DNA of 44,005 nt from a virus (taxonomy: Duplodnaviria; Caudoviricetes), in the IMG/VR virus record IMGVR_UViG_3300015050_000679, positions 1 through 44,005 of that record; one strand, 5' to 3'. Under the pieces are notes generated by a model. It did not search any database. It was not told the origin of the DNA and saw only the letters and a list, made by a program, of their open reading frames with translations. The translations under genes were made by a program, and so were the position numbers. Below are positions 19,244 through 27,564 of this stretch, piece after piece (position 1 is the stretch's first letter; every line of letters starts with the position of its first letter).

Positions 19244-19840
19244 ATGGCAACCATTACGAAAACCCAGGGCACTTCGCTCCTCTCGCTGCAATCGCTGGCG
19301 AGTAATTCCGTTGTTATCTCGTCCGCTCAGGACGTCTCGACGAAGCTCGCCGCTACTGTCTTTATACACTTCGGGCGCCGCGCAACCAGCGCACTTACGG
19401 AGGGCGTCGAGTTCCGCATTGAGGCCAGCGCCAAGTCATCCGGCGATGGCTTCTGGTGGCCGCTGGCTGCGTTCAAGACCGCTATCGCGGCGGCTGAATC
19501 CGAAGCCGTCAGTGGCACCGTCTCCAGCGGCACGAATGTCATCACGGTGGCTGCGACGGCGAACCTCGTCGCTGGCGATCTGGTCTATATCGACAACGGG
19601 ACCATAGCGAACTCCGAATGGGGCCGAGTGAAGTCGATCTCCTCGAATACCTCCATCACCATCGAAGACAACTTACTCAACGCGCAGACCGGAGCGACCA
19701 TTTACGATCAGGCGGAGTACTTCGTCGCTCAGATCGATCTGACCGCCGTGGGCCGTATCCGCGTTGTTGCCGATGGGCGCAACACCGGCCAGGCCGTGGC
19801 CGTTGAAGCTCTGATGGTGACCGGGGACTCCATTGGCTAA
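19244..19840 (+). CDS. Putative virion protein
   Basis: Beta-rich, S/T/A-rich ORF in the tail module. Confidence 0.55.
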   Translation: MATITKTQGTSLLSLQSLASNSVVISSAQDVSTKLAATVFIHFGRRATSALTEGVEFRIEASAKSSGDGFWWPLAAFKTAIAAAESEAVSGTVSSGTNVITVAATANLVAGDLVYIDNGTIANSEWGRVKSISSNTSITIEDNLLNAQTGATIYDQAEYFVAQIDLTAVGRIRVVADGRNTGQAVAVEALMVTGDSIG

Positions 19841-20642
19841 GTACGCTACCCAGCCAGCCGGTGGCTCTCGTATCAACTGGGGCCATCCGCTCACACGAGG
19901 GCTAGTGGATGCGTGGGTATTTAATGAAGGCGGAGGCCAAGGGCAGGGCTACGCTAAGACTCTTACAAATGGCGGCGAGTATGCCACGCAGTCAGGCGGA
20001 TACTGGGCTACCGCATCAGCGGGTCGAGGTCGGCTATACGGCACCTCATTCGACCGCTTTGCTAACAGCACGGCGCGTTCAATTACCGGCGAGGTTACCA
20101 TAGCCGCTGGCTTCACAAGCACGCTCGCCAATCCGAGTGGTGTTCAGATCGTTGGCAAGCGCAATCAGGCGGGAGGCGCGAGCGGTATTGACTGGGCGCT
20201 ATTAATCGACGGAACAGACGGGGTGTACTTTCAATGGACCAACGGCGGCACGTTCGTCTCAACCGCTAATACCGCTGGGCTGGGCGCGGTCCCGGCCAGG
20301 GCATATATGTCTGCCGTCGGCACTAGGCCAGCGGCAGCAGACAGCGCAAAACTTTACAAAAATGGGGTATTGATTCGCGAGCGAACAGGGCTAGCCACTC
20401 CAACGAGCATTGGAACGCCAATCACATTTGGAGCCGCCAACGATGGGAGCCTACTCTTCGATGGCATAGTCCATTGGGCATACCTATGGCAACGCGAGCT
20501 ATCAGAAGCCGAGGTTCAGTCACTCAACGCCAACCCCTACGCGCTACTTGCGCCGGTTTCGCCTCGGCGCTTTTTCACTGGAATCGCTGCCGCCGCCTCC
20601 TCCAAAGCCTACTACTACGCTCAAACCCAAGGACTACGCTAA
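19833..20642 (+). CDS. LamG/concanavalin A-like lectin-domain tail protein
   Basis: INWGHPL-RGL---W-FNEG-G, KLYKNG, FDG-V-----W-RELS--EV--L--NPY. Confidence 0.8.
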   Translation: MAKYATQPAGGSRINWGHPLTRGLVDAWVFNEGGGQGQGYAKTLTNGGEYATQSGGYWATASAGRGRLYGTSFDRFANSTARSITGEVTIAAGFTSTLANPSGVQIVGKRNQAGGASGIDWALLIDGTDGVYFQWTNGGTFVSTANTAGLGAVPARAYMSAVGTRPAAADSAKLYKNGVLIRERTGLATPTSIGTPITFGAANDGSLLFDGIVHWAYLWQRELSEAEVQSLNANPYALLAPVSPRRFFTGIAAAASSKAYYYAQTQGLR

Positions 20643-21173
20643 ATGTTTCAAGGTCAACTGCTCCAATCCGAATCGACGGCGGCACGTCGCCGCGTGTACT
20701 TCCACCTCGTAGACGCCACGGACGGCATCACGCCGGAGACGGGCGAGGCCGCAGGGCAGCCGCAAGTCTCGACGAACGGCGGAGCGTGGGGCAACACCTC
20801 CGCCACACTGACAGCCATCGGCAACGGGCGCTATTACGTGGAGCTGACGGCGGGCGAACTAGGCACGCTCGGGAACCTCCAACTGCGGTACAAATCGGCG
20901 GCAACGGCGGAAGCGGTGGCATCTGTACAGGTGGTGCTCGCTGATCCGTTTACGGCATCCTTGACCGCCGCCGCCGTTTGGGCCTACGTTGTCGAGGGCT
21001 CCTACACCGCACTCGGCTTCTTGCGCTTATCGGCCGCTGCGATGGCTGGCAAGCTATCCGGCGCGGCGACCACGACGGTTACGATCCGCGATGTTTCGGA
21101 CAGCAAAAACCGCGTAGTCGCCACCGTTGACGCCTACGGCAACCGGACGGCGATCACCACCGACGTCAGCTAG
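20643..21173 (+). CDS. Putative virion protein
   Basis: LVDATDG-TPETG, GNGRYY-ELT--EL, ATVD--GNRT; tail module. Confidence 0.6.
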   Translation: MFQGQLLQSESTAARRRVYFHLVDATDGITPETGEAAGQPQVSTNGGAWGNTSATLTAIGNGRYYVELTAGELGTLGNLQLRYKSAATAEAVASVQVVLADPFTASLTAAAVWAYVVEGSYTALGFLRLSAAAMAGKLSGAATTTVTIRDVSDSKNRVVATVDAYGNRTAITTDVS

Positions 21174-21175
21174 CC

Positions 21176-21763
21176 ATGTACGCCGCAACGCGCTATTTCC
21201 CCGCGCGTTACTTCGCCCCGCGCTACTGGCCGGGTGATACGACGCAAGGTCTGTACTGGACTCCCGATTATTTCGGGGGGCGGTACTTCACGCCATCGTA
21301 CTGGCCTGGTGGCGGAGTCACGGCGGGCGTACACTTCGCGCCGCGCTACTTCGCCGCTCGACAATTCGCGCCGCGGTACTTTCCGGGCCGGCCCACGGAG
21401 TCCGACGCATGGCCGATAGCAGGTAGTGGCACCGTCGCATGGACTGACGCGGCAGGGACGGTCATCACCGAGCTACTCATCGACGGAGCGGCTACGCTAT
21501 CATGGACCGCCACGGACGACGGCGAGACGGGCTCATGGCAGATCGCCGGAGTCGGTACGGTGACGTGGTTCGGCGGCGGCGGAGAAGATGAGGCTTTCCG
21601 CATCGACGGCGTTGGGACGGTGGCATGGACAACGCCTGAAGGATGGACGATTAGCGGCGCGGCGGGCCTGTCATGGGCTCCATCGGTAGGCGTAGCGGAA
21701 GAGTGCCTGACTGCCGATGGGACCAGCGCGGAAAATGTGCCGGTTAAAAATTACGTGTACTAA
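21176..21763 (+). CDS. Repeat-rich putative virion protein
   Basis: YFxxR pentapeptide repeats then IxGxGTVxW repeats. Confidence 0.6.
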   Translation: MYAATRYFPARYFAPRYWPGDTTQGLYWTPDYFGGRYFTPSYWPGGGVTAGVHFAPRYFAARQFAPRYFPGRPTESDAWPIAGSGTVAWTDAAGTVITELLIDGAATLSWTATDDGETGSWQIAGVGTVTWFGGGGEDEAFRIDGVGTVAWTTPEGWTISGAAGLSWAPSVGVAEECLTADGTSAENVPVKNYVY

Positions 21764-21928
21764 ATGAAACTCCGTACAGCTGCAATATACGCAACCGACG
21801 ACGACGGCAACCGCATCGGCGGGCCGTATTTCCTGCCGCTGGATGACGCGGCGAAACAGGAACTAAACCGACTGGCGCGCGAGTTCGGGCCGGTCGAGAT
21901 AAAGGCGAAGGAGCAACCGAATGTTTGA
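21764..21928 (+). CDS. Hypothetical protein (54 aa)
   Basis: ATG right after the previous stop; overlaps the next start; below ORF-track cutoff. Confidence 0.6.
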   Translation: MKLRTAAIYATDDDGNRIGGPYFLPLDDAAKQELNRLAREFGPVEIKAKEQPNV

Positions 21929-22349
21929 GGCCGAAGTACGCGCCACGTTCGCGGCACAGGGCCGCGCCATGGCCGATCAATTGAACCAGATCAAAGTGGA
22001 CGACTACCTCGGGGCCTGCCGTAATTGGGCCATCCGCGCCAACGGGCCGCCGCCGGTGGTGCCGTTCAACGTCCGGGCCGAAGTCGAGTTTGAGCCGGCC
22101 TTCGTGCTGCGCATCGTACCGACGGAAACGCCGGTGAGCGACATCAAGCCGGACTCGTTCCTGCCGAAGTACGCCACCGACACCGACGCCATCGGTGGAC
22201 CCGTAGGCGGGCCGATCCCCGGCGCCGTCGGGAAGTTCTACGCGGCAAGCGGCGCGAATCCGCAAGAGGGAGACATTCACAATGGCGGCGATGCGAACTA
22301 CGTCTACAAGCGTCCAACGCCGTTCGGGGGCTTCTGGGTGCGCTTGTGA
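21921..22349 (+). CDS. Hypothetical protein
   Basis: AAGGAG RBS, coupled ORF. Confidence 0.7.
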   Translation: MFEAEVRATFAAQGRAMADQLNQIKVDDYLGACRNWAIRANGPPPVVPFNVRAEVEFEPAFVLRIVPTETPVSDIKPDSFLPKYATDTDAIGGPVGGPIPGAVGKFYAASGANPQEGDIHNGGDANYVYKRPTPFGGFWVRL

Positions 22350-22777
22350 CACCAACCCCCGAGGCCCAATCTGCGCTCAACCAGGCGCGCTGGTGGGCGC
22401 ATCACGGCTACGTGCCACCGGACCCGATCCGCGTGGAAGTGGACCGCTGCTACTACTCAGCCACCGATGCGCTATTAACCGCCATTGCTGACCTAGCAGG
22501 GCGCGGAATACTCGAAGTGACCGCCCGCCCGACGAACCACGGAGATACAGTGATCCGCGGCTACCGGGAGTCAGTCGGGCGCTGTTCGGCGCAGGTGATC
22601 GTCCATACCGGTGAGGTTGAAATCGACTTCGACCACCATAACCCGCGCGACTTGGTAGACGGCATAGGGCACGCCATCGAGGTGCTGCGAAATAAGTTCG
22701 GCCGCCGCAAGACCGACCCTTTCAAGATTGCGCGGGAGTTGCGAAAGCGAGGGATTCATGCCGACGTTTCCGGGTGA
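22346..22777 (+). CDS. Hypothetical protein
   Basis: GTGA overlap; EIDFDHHNP--H-IEV segment. Confidence 0.6.
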   Translation: MTPTPEAQSALNQARWWAHHGYVPPDPIRVEVDRCYYSATDALLTAIADLAGRGILEVTARPTNHGDTVIRGYRESVGRCSAQVIVHTGEVEIDFDHHNPRDLVDGIGHAIEVLRNKFGRRKTDPFKIARELRKRGIHADVSG

Positions 22778-22916
22778 GGCGATCATCGTGGCGATCCTCG
22801 AATACGCGACGAAGTGCAGGGAAACCATGTCACAAGAAAACCGCGACCGGCTCGATGGTCTGAACATCAAGGCAATCGAGAAGTGGCAGGGATTCTGGGA
22901 AGGGCTGGGGAAGTAA
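22758..22916 (+). CDS. Small hypothetical protein
   Basis: GAGGG RBS, ATG 22758, coupled to holin. Confidence 0.55.
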   Translation: MPTFPGEAIIVAILEYATKCRETMSQENRDRLDGLNIKAIEKWQGFWEGLGK

Positions 22917-23344
22917 TGTTTGTGGCACCAACGACCGCATTCAAGGCGAAGATCGCCGCGATACCGGGGATGATACTGGGCTTTATATGGGGGCTTCCAC
23001 CTTTGGTGATTGCACTTGTAGTGCTTCAAGCTCTCGACATCATCAGCGGCCTTCTGGCCGCATGGGGAGACGGCGCCGTGTCATCGGATGCCGGTCGTCA
23101 GGGCATGACGAAAAAGGCGCAGATGTGGGTGTTGGTTGGCGCGGTACATACGGTCTGCATTGTCGGGCTCGTACCGTTCGACGCGGGGCCGCATGTGGCA
23201 GGGCTGTTCTGTTTGGTCGAAGTCATTTCGATTATCGAAAATGCCGACCGATCAGGCGTCCGGCTGCCGTCCGTCATCGCCAACGCGCTCGCTAACGCGC
23301 GTACAAAACTGGAGGGGCCGCCGAATGGCGAACCTAAACCGTAG
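22916..23344 (+). CDS. Holin (toxin secretion/phage lysis holin family)
   Basis: Hydrophobic segments; D-ISG--AA, SS--GR-G--KK, E--SIIEN----G--LP. Confidence 0.88.
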   Translation: MFVAPTTAFKAKIAAIPGMILGFIWGLPPLVIALVVLQALDIISGLLAAWGDGAVSSDAGRQGMTKKAQMWVLVGAVHTVCIVGLVPFDAGPHVAGLFCLVEVISIIENADRSGVRLPSVIANALANARTKLEGPPNGEPKP

Positions 23345-24074
23345 CTGGAAACGCTGGATGGCGACGGGCTGCCTACACAGCACGCACGCTTGCGCCGAAT
23401 ACCAGCGCAGCGTCCGGGCCTTCAAGGCGGCATTCCAACCGGCGCGGCATATCGAGCTGGGCGACCTCCTCGAAACTACCGCGCTTCGATCCGGCGCGCG
23501 CGGCACAAAGGACGAAGCCGAGCCGCTGGAGCCCGACGTCAATAAGGGGCTGGCGTGGCTGGGCGAAATGGAGCCGTCGGACTGGCTGCTAGGCAACCAC
23601 GACGACCGAATCCTCCAGCTACTCTCTCACCCGTCCGCTATCGTCGCAGAGCTCGCCCGCCGCCTCTGGTCCGACATGCAAGCGGCGGCTGAAAAAGCGG
23701 GGGCGAAGATTCACCCATACGACATCGAGCGCGGCTGGATCAAAGTCGGGAATATGTACATGGGCCACGGCTACATGTACAACATCAACGCGCTGCGCGA
23801 TCACGTCGAAATGATGGGCGGGAATGTGGTCATGGCGCATTTGCACGTAGCGCACACCTTCCGCGCTCGCAACCACGGCGGGCACTGGGGTGTATGCGTC
23901 GGCACCGGCGGCGATCCCCGCACGATGGGATACGCGCGGCGGCGCCGGCAGACGTTGGCGTGGAATCACGGCGTCGCCTATGGCGAATACACGGACAACG
24001 ATTCGACCATGCACCTGCTTCAGTGGAACTGCGCACACGGCGCGAAGGAGTCACCCAGATGGCTAATCTCCTAG
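23325..24074 (+). CDS. Calcineurin-like metallophosphoesterase
   Basis: GCLH, LGDL, GNHD, GHG, AHLH motifs. Confidence 0.85.
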   Translation: MANLNRSWKRWMATGCLHSTHACAEYQRSVRAFKAAFQPARHIELGDLLETTALRSGARGTKDEAEPLEPDVNKGLAWLGEMEPSDWLLGNHDDRILQLLSHPSAIVAELARRLWSDMQAAAEKAGAKIHPYDIERGWIKVGNMYMGHGYMYNINALRDHVEMMGGNVVMAHLHVAHTFRARNHGGHWGVCVGTGGDPRTMGYARRRRQTLAWNHGVAYGEYTDNDSTMHLLQWNCAHGAKESPRWLIS

Positions 24075-24292
24075 CAGACCTCGCCGCTGCCCTGGCCAAC
24101 GGCGGCATCGAAACCCCGCCCGATGGATTCCTGACGACCGCGCAGCACGCCGAAGCGGCGGGGCTCTCCATCCCGCAAGCCAGCAAGATCATCAAGGCGG
24201 GCGTGACGGCTGGCAAGGTCGAGCGGCGTAACTTCCGCATTCGCAACGGTGGGCGCGTGGTGCCGATCCCGCATTATCGGGTGATACCATGA
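24059..24292 (+). CDS. Small putative winged-helix DNA-binding protein
   Basis: PPDGFLT--Q-AE--GLS--QA--II--GV--GKVE; AAGGAG RBS. Confidence 0.55.
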   Translation: MANLLADLAAALANGGIETPPDGFLTTAQHAEAAGLSIPQASKIIKAGVTAGKVERRNFRIRNGGRVVPIPHYRVIP

Positions 24293-24633
24293 CCCGCGAA
24301 CGCTGGGCGCTACTGTTGGGCGAGTGGTGCGCGATCCTCCAGATCGAAAAGCCGCCCCGCCTTGAGTTTGTCCCGCCGCGCAAGATGCCGCAGCGTGTGG
24401 CAATGCTCACCGAATACTTCCTCGCCATCGAAGAGGGCTGGCTCATTAAGATCAGCACGGGTGACCTCGACGACCCGGAGTTAACGCTGGTCCATGAGCT
24501 TCTGCACGTGCGCACCGGCTGCACGGACCAATGTCATGAGCCATGGATTAGGGACGTTGCGGCGGCGCTAGTGGCGCTGAAGCGGCGGGGCAACTTTGTG
24601 CCGCAAAGTATCGATAAACCATTGAAAACATAG
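24289..24633 (+). CDS. Putative HEXXH zinc metallopeptidase
   Basis: TLVHELLH ... HE motif. Confidence 0.6.
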   Translation: MTRERWALLLGEWCAILQIEKPPRLEFVPPRKMPQRVAMLTEYFLAIEEGWLIKISTGDLDDPELTLVHELLHVRTGCTDQCHEPWIRDVAAALVALKRRGNFVPQSIDKPLKT

Positions 24634-24650
24634 GCAGTTAGTCGTATACT
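24622..24650 (+). promoter_or_regulatory. Sigma70-type promoter, probably leaderless
   Basis: TTGAAA-17 nt-TATACT, 5 nt before ATG 24656, no SD. Confidence 0.75.
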
Positions 24651-24655
24651 TAGAC

Positions 24656-25339
24656 ATGGTTAAATCAGCACGGACAATCACCCGAGACCGCAAGTGTGTG
24701 GAGGCAATGCGGACGGCTGCCGAGTGTATCGGCGAGATCGAAAAAGATATGTCTCTTTTCGCGGTGACGCGCGGGCAGTTTTCCATGATTGATTGCATCC
24801 GGCACTGTCTGGATAAAATGGGGCCATCGCGCCTGACGGTGTGGACCTGGTGTATTGCTGATTACGAATTCGAGACGTTTGAGTGGTTGCTCCGCGCTGG
24901 CGGAATCACCGAGGCGGTATTGGTGATTGACCGGGCCGGCGAACAGCAGGTGGCGAAGACTCGGAGTTTTCGGAACGGTAGTATCGACAAGAGCGAAAAG
25001 CAGGGTGCGCTCATGCGTCGGTGGCAGGAGAAGTTTGGCGCTGGGTCTATTCGCGTGGTGCTGAACCACGCGAAGATCGCCACGCTCGACAACGGGACGC
25101 ATAAGGTGGTTATTCGCGGGTCTATGAACCTCAACCACAATCCTCGCTTCGAGCAACTCGACATTACCGAGGGATCTGGGCCGTTTGAGTTGATTCAGGA
25201 AATCGAAAACTCTTTGCCGGTGCTGGGCGAGAAGTACACGCGGCGCGAGGTGGAAGAAGCCACTGGCGCGCATTGCCTGTTCACGGACGAAGAATTGAAG
25301 CCGTTTCGCACGGCAGAATTGAAGGTGTGGGCAAAATGA
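24656..25339 (+). CDS. Phospholipase D-like nuclease domain protein
   Basis: NHAKIATLD ... RGSMNL ... EQ (HKD-type motif). Confidence 0.8.
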   Translation: MVKSARTITRDRKCVEAMRTAAECIGEIEKDMSLFAVTRGQFSMIDCIRHCLDKMGPSRLTVWTWCIADYEFETFEWLLRAGGITEAVLVIDRAGEQQVAKTRSFRNGSIDKSEKQGALMRRWQEKFGAGSIRVVLNHAKIATLDNGTHKVVIRGSMNLNHNPRFEQLDITEGSGPFELIQEIENSLPVLGEKYTRREVEEATGAHCLFTDEELKPFRTAELKVWAK

Positions 25340-25584
25340 CGCGCGAAGAAACAGTTAAGGCGCTATTGAAAGCAAACAACCGGCCCGAAAAAGCCGGGTT
25401 GTACGCGGACTCGTTCATCGAGTACCGCGCGGCTCAGGACAACATCGACAAGAACGGCTCTATCGTGGCCGATCCGAGAACAGGGGCCGCCGTGCCGAAT
25501 CCGTTCTTGACCGTGCGGGACAAAGCATTCGCCCGCCTGGAATCTCTTCACAAGGCGGGCGTCAAGGCTTCGGTTTTGTGGTAG
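25336..25584 (+). CDS. Second P27-type terminase small subunit-like protein
   Basis: LYADSF-EYR-AQ-NI--NG-IV--PRTGA---NPFL-V. Confidence 0.65.
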   Translation: MTREETVKALLKANNRPEKAGLYADSFIEYRAAQDNIDKNGSIVADPRTGAAVPNPFLTVRDKAFARLESLHKAGVKASVLW

Positions 25585-25740
25585 TCAGCAGCGGTGATTC
25601 CGTTGCTTCGCCCGCGCAGCCGTCATAGCGCCGCAGGGGCAGCGCGGCGCGGTACGCGGGCGCCCTCCGTTACGCCCGCCGGTTTTGGTTTTGCGAAGGG
25701 CTTGCAGTGCGACGGCGGCGGGGTTTTTCGGGGTGGTCAT
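25585..25740 (-). CDS. Small basic protein (51 aa), possibly nucleic-acid binding
   Basis: MTTPKNPAAVALQALRKTKTGGRNGGRPR...CPC; coupled to the upstream minus-strand gene; below cutoff. Confidence 0.6.
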   Translation of the reverse strand: MTTPKNPAAVALQALRKTKTGGRNGGRPRTAPRCPCGAMTAARAKQRNHRC

Positions 25741-25943
25741 CGGGTGGCCTCGGCCAAGTCCGTGTGCTTGGCGCCTTCCTTGTCGATCAGGCCATCGGTC
25801 ATGCCGAAAGCCGGCGAATAGGTCCAGGCAAAATAGTTGGTCCCATACTCATCAAAAGCATACTGCTCCTGCTCTTGCTGAGTGCCGCCGGTAACGGTTT
25901 CCACGACTTCGGCGGTTTCGGCGTCATAAATAAACAGTTTCAT
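25737..25943 (-). CDS. Small acidic hypothetical protein
   Basis: ATG 25943 with GAGG RBS (MKLFIYDAET...). Confidence 0.65.
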   Translation of the reverse strand: MKLFIYDAETAEVVETVTGGTQQEQEQYAFDEYGTNYFAWTYSPAFGMTDGLIDKEGAKHTDLAEATR

Positions 25944-25995
25944 CGTCTTCCTCTCTCTGCGGGCTTCACGCCGCCCGCTGGCGTTGGGGTGGGGG

Positions 25996-26190
25996 TTAGC
26001 GGGTGCGTGTGAACCAATCAACCTCAATTGCGTTACCCCAGCGCAACTGATCGTAGTAGTTTTTCCGCCCAAGGCGCTTTAACTTCCCATCTACGATCTC
26101 GTACAGCATTGGACGTCCAAAAGTGTCTTTTTGGGGGCTGGCCGTGAATGTCCGGGTTGCGTTCGTAGTGGCTTGTTGTGCGCTGTTCAT
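25996..26190 (-). CDS. Hypothetical protein
   Basis: Directly downstream of a near-consensus promoter. Confidence 0.65.
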   Translation of the reverse strand: MNSAQQATTNATRTFTASPQKDTFGRPMLYEIVDGKLKRLGRKNYYDQLRWGNAIEVDWFTRTR

Positions 26191-26196
26191 ACTTTA

Positions 26197-26225
26197 ACTA
26201 TAATCCAACGCTGCATTGCTGTCAA
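26197..26225 (-). promoter_or_regulatory. Near-consensus sigma70 promoter, leaderless
   Basis: Minus strand TTGACA-17 nt-TATAGT, 6 nt before ATG 26190. Confidence 0.85.
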
Positions 26226-26232
26226 TAACAAA

Positions 26233-26412
26233 ATGACCCGCCGCGCATTATTTTTTCTCGCCGCCGCTGACGACAAACCGCCACCCGTCAGCGAGCAAGC
26301 AATGAACCGCTTCGCCGGGCTCTGGAACGAGTACGTCGAGCGCCTGAAAATCGGCGTTATCGACCTGAAGACGTGGCGGGCGGTTTGCCGGGAGTGGGAG
26401 CGGCTGCGGTAG
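26233..26412 (+). CDS. Small hypothetical protein
   Basis: MTRRALFFLAAA N-terminus. Confidence 0.5.
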   Translation: MTRRALFFLAAADDKPPPVSEQAMNRFAGLWNEYVERLKIGVIDLKTWRAVCREWERLR

Positions 26413-26423
26413 CAAAGGACACT

Positions 26424-26858
26424 ATGAAAATTACCAAGAAAATCTGCGCACTTTTCCTTGGCGCAATCGCCGCCCTGACCGCCCAAACCGCGATCAAACC
26501 CGAGCAAATCCGCACCGCGCCCGCGCCTCTCCCGCGCCTAATGGCCTTTGATTCCACCGGCAAGCTCACACTGCTGGCAATCGGCCCTGGCGTCGAGATC
26601 GTCAACGGCGCGCTGGTCGCCACCGGTGCGGCTCCGCCCGCGCTGGTGCTGACTCGGCTGATGCGCTCGGCTGATGGCAACTACCCGGCAACGGTTGGCG
26701 TAGTCGCGCGCAATGGCGTCATCCAGGAGCGGGGCGCGGACTACTCCATCAGTGGCGGCGTGCTCGTCCCGGCGTCGCCCTGGGCGGCTGATGACGTTGT
26801 AACGGCCATCACCGCAGAGCGCGCTGCCATGCCCGCCGTCACCCGCGGCGCGCCGTGA
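26424..26858 (+). CDS. Signal-peptide-bearing (exported) protein
   Basis: MKITKKICALFLGAIAALTAQ signal; NGVIQ--G-DYSISG motif; AAGGA RBS. Confidence 0.65.
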   Translation: MKITKKICALFLGAIAALTAQTAIKPEQIRTAPAPLPRLMAFDSTGKLTLLAIGPGVEIVNGALVATGAAPPALVLTRLMRSADGNYPATVGVVARNGVIQERGADYSISGGVLVPASPWAADDVVTAITAERAAMPAVTRGAP

Positions 26859-27067
26859 TGAGCCCTCTGGCCTATTCCTACTGGTCCTGTAGCTGGTGCC
26901 ACGGAACCGGAGTCTACCGTGGCCGCTGTTGCGGCTGCGCATCGCGCGCCATGGACCGAGAGCGGGCGGCGGCGCGTGACCGGTACGAGCGCCTATGGAT
27001 CGACTCGCGGCGCAACCCGGACCGCTTCCCGCCGTCGCCGGTTCCGCGGTCATCCCTACATTCTTAA
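26855..27067 (+). CDS. Small Cys-rich (CxxCxGxG) protein
   Basis: CSWCHGTG ... CCGC; coupled ORF ending before the terminator. Confidence 0.5.
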   Translation: MMSPLAYSYWSCSWCHGTGVYRGRCCGCASRAMDRERAAARDRYERLWIDSRRNPDRFPPSPVPRSSLHS

Positions 27068-27071
27068 CCCA

Positions 27072-27101
27072 AGCCCCTGCCTTCACCGGCGGGGGCTTTT
27101 T
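27072..27101 (+). terminator. Rho-independent terminator ending the late/accessory region
   Basis: AGCCCCTGCC-ttcacc-GGCGGGGGCT followed by TTTT. Confidence 0.85.
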
Positions 27102-27151
27102 GCGTCTCATGTGCTATATAGCAGTTTGTTAGCGGTGGCGGTAGTTTGCCA

Positions 27152-27181
27152 TTGACCGCCGCGCGTCAGTGCGGTTAATCT
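27152..27181 (+). promoter_or_regulatory. Early promoter with overlapping inverted repeat (operator), leaderless
   Basis: TTGACC-18 nt-TAATCT, 6 nt before GTG 27188; TTGACCGC ... GCGGTTAA inverted repeat. Confidence 0.7.
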
Positions 27182-27187
27182 TGGTCT

Positions 27188-27358
27188 GTGAGCAACACAG
27201 CAACCACACAGGGCGCAGAGCAAAGGAAGCCGGTTCAAGTAAGCCTGCGACCGTCGATCTATGCCATCGCCACCAACTTAGCCACGGAACACGGAACATT
27301 CCCTGGCCGGATTATTGAGCGGGCGCTTTTAGTGCTTGCTGGAAAGAAGGGAAAATGA
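27188..27358 (+). CDS. Ribbon-helix-helix (Arc/CopG-like) regulator, 56 aa
   Basis: RKPVQVSLRPSIY-IA--LA-EHG-FPGRIIERAL; first early gene; not in the ORF track. Confidence 0.6.
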   Translation: MSNTATTQGAEQRKPVQVSLRPSIYAIATNLATEHGTFPGRIIERALLVLAGKKGK

Positions 27359-27564
27359 ACGAAGGAACCAACCGCTACCAGTCCAACGCCGCCGCGCTGC
27401 CGATGACGAAGCAGGCGCGCATGGCGGGCGAGATTCTGGAACGCGCGATGCGACGCAAGTCGGCATGGCGCATGGCCTGGGCGCTGATCGAGACGAAGGC
27501 GAAGGCCGGCGACCACGAAGCCGCCGACTTGATCCGGTTTGTTGACGCGGGCGGTGCGGCATGA
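27355..27564 (+). CDS. Hypothetical protein
   Basis: ATGA-coupled early ORF. Confidence 0.6.
   Translation: MNEGTNRYQSNAAALPMTKQARMAGEILERAMRRKSAWRMAWALIETKAKAGDHEAADLIRFVDAGGAA

Noticed and set aside
26233-26858. Host assignment (e.g. Acidobacteriota) from protein N-terminal style
   Set aside because: Impression only; needs homology or CRISPR-spacer evidence
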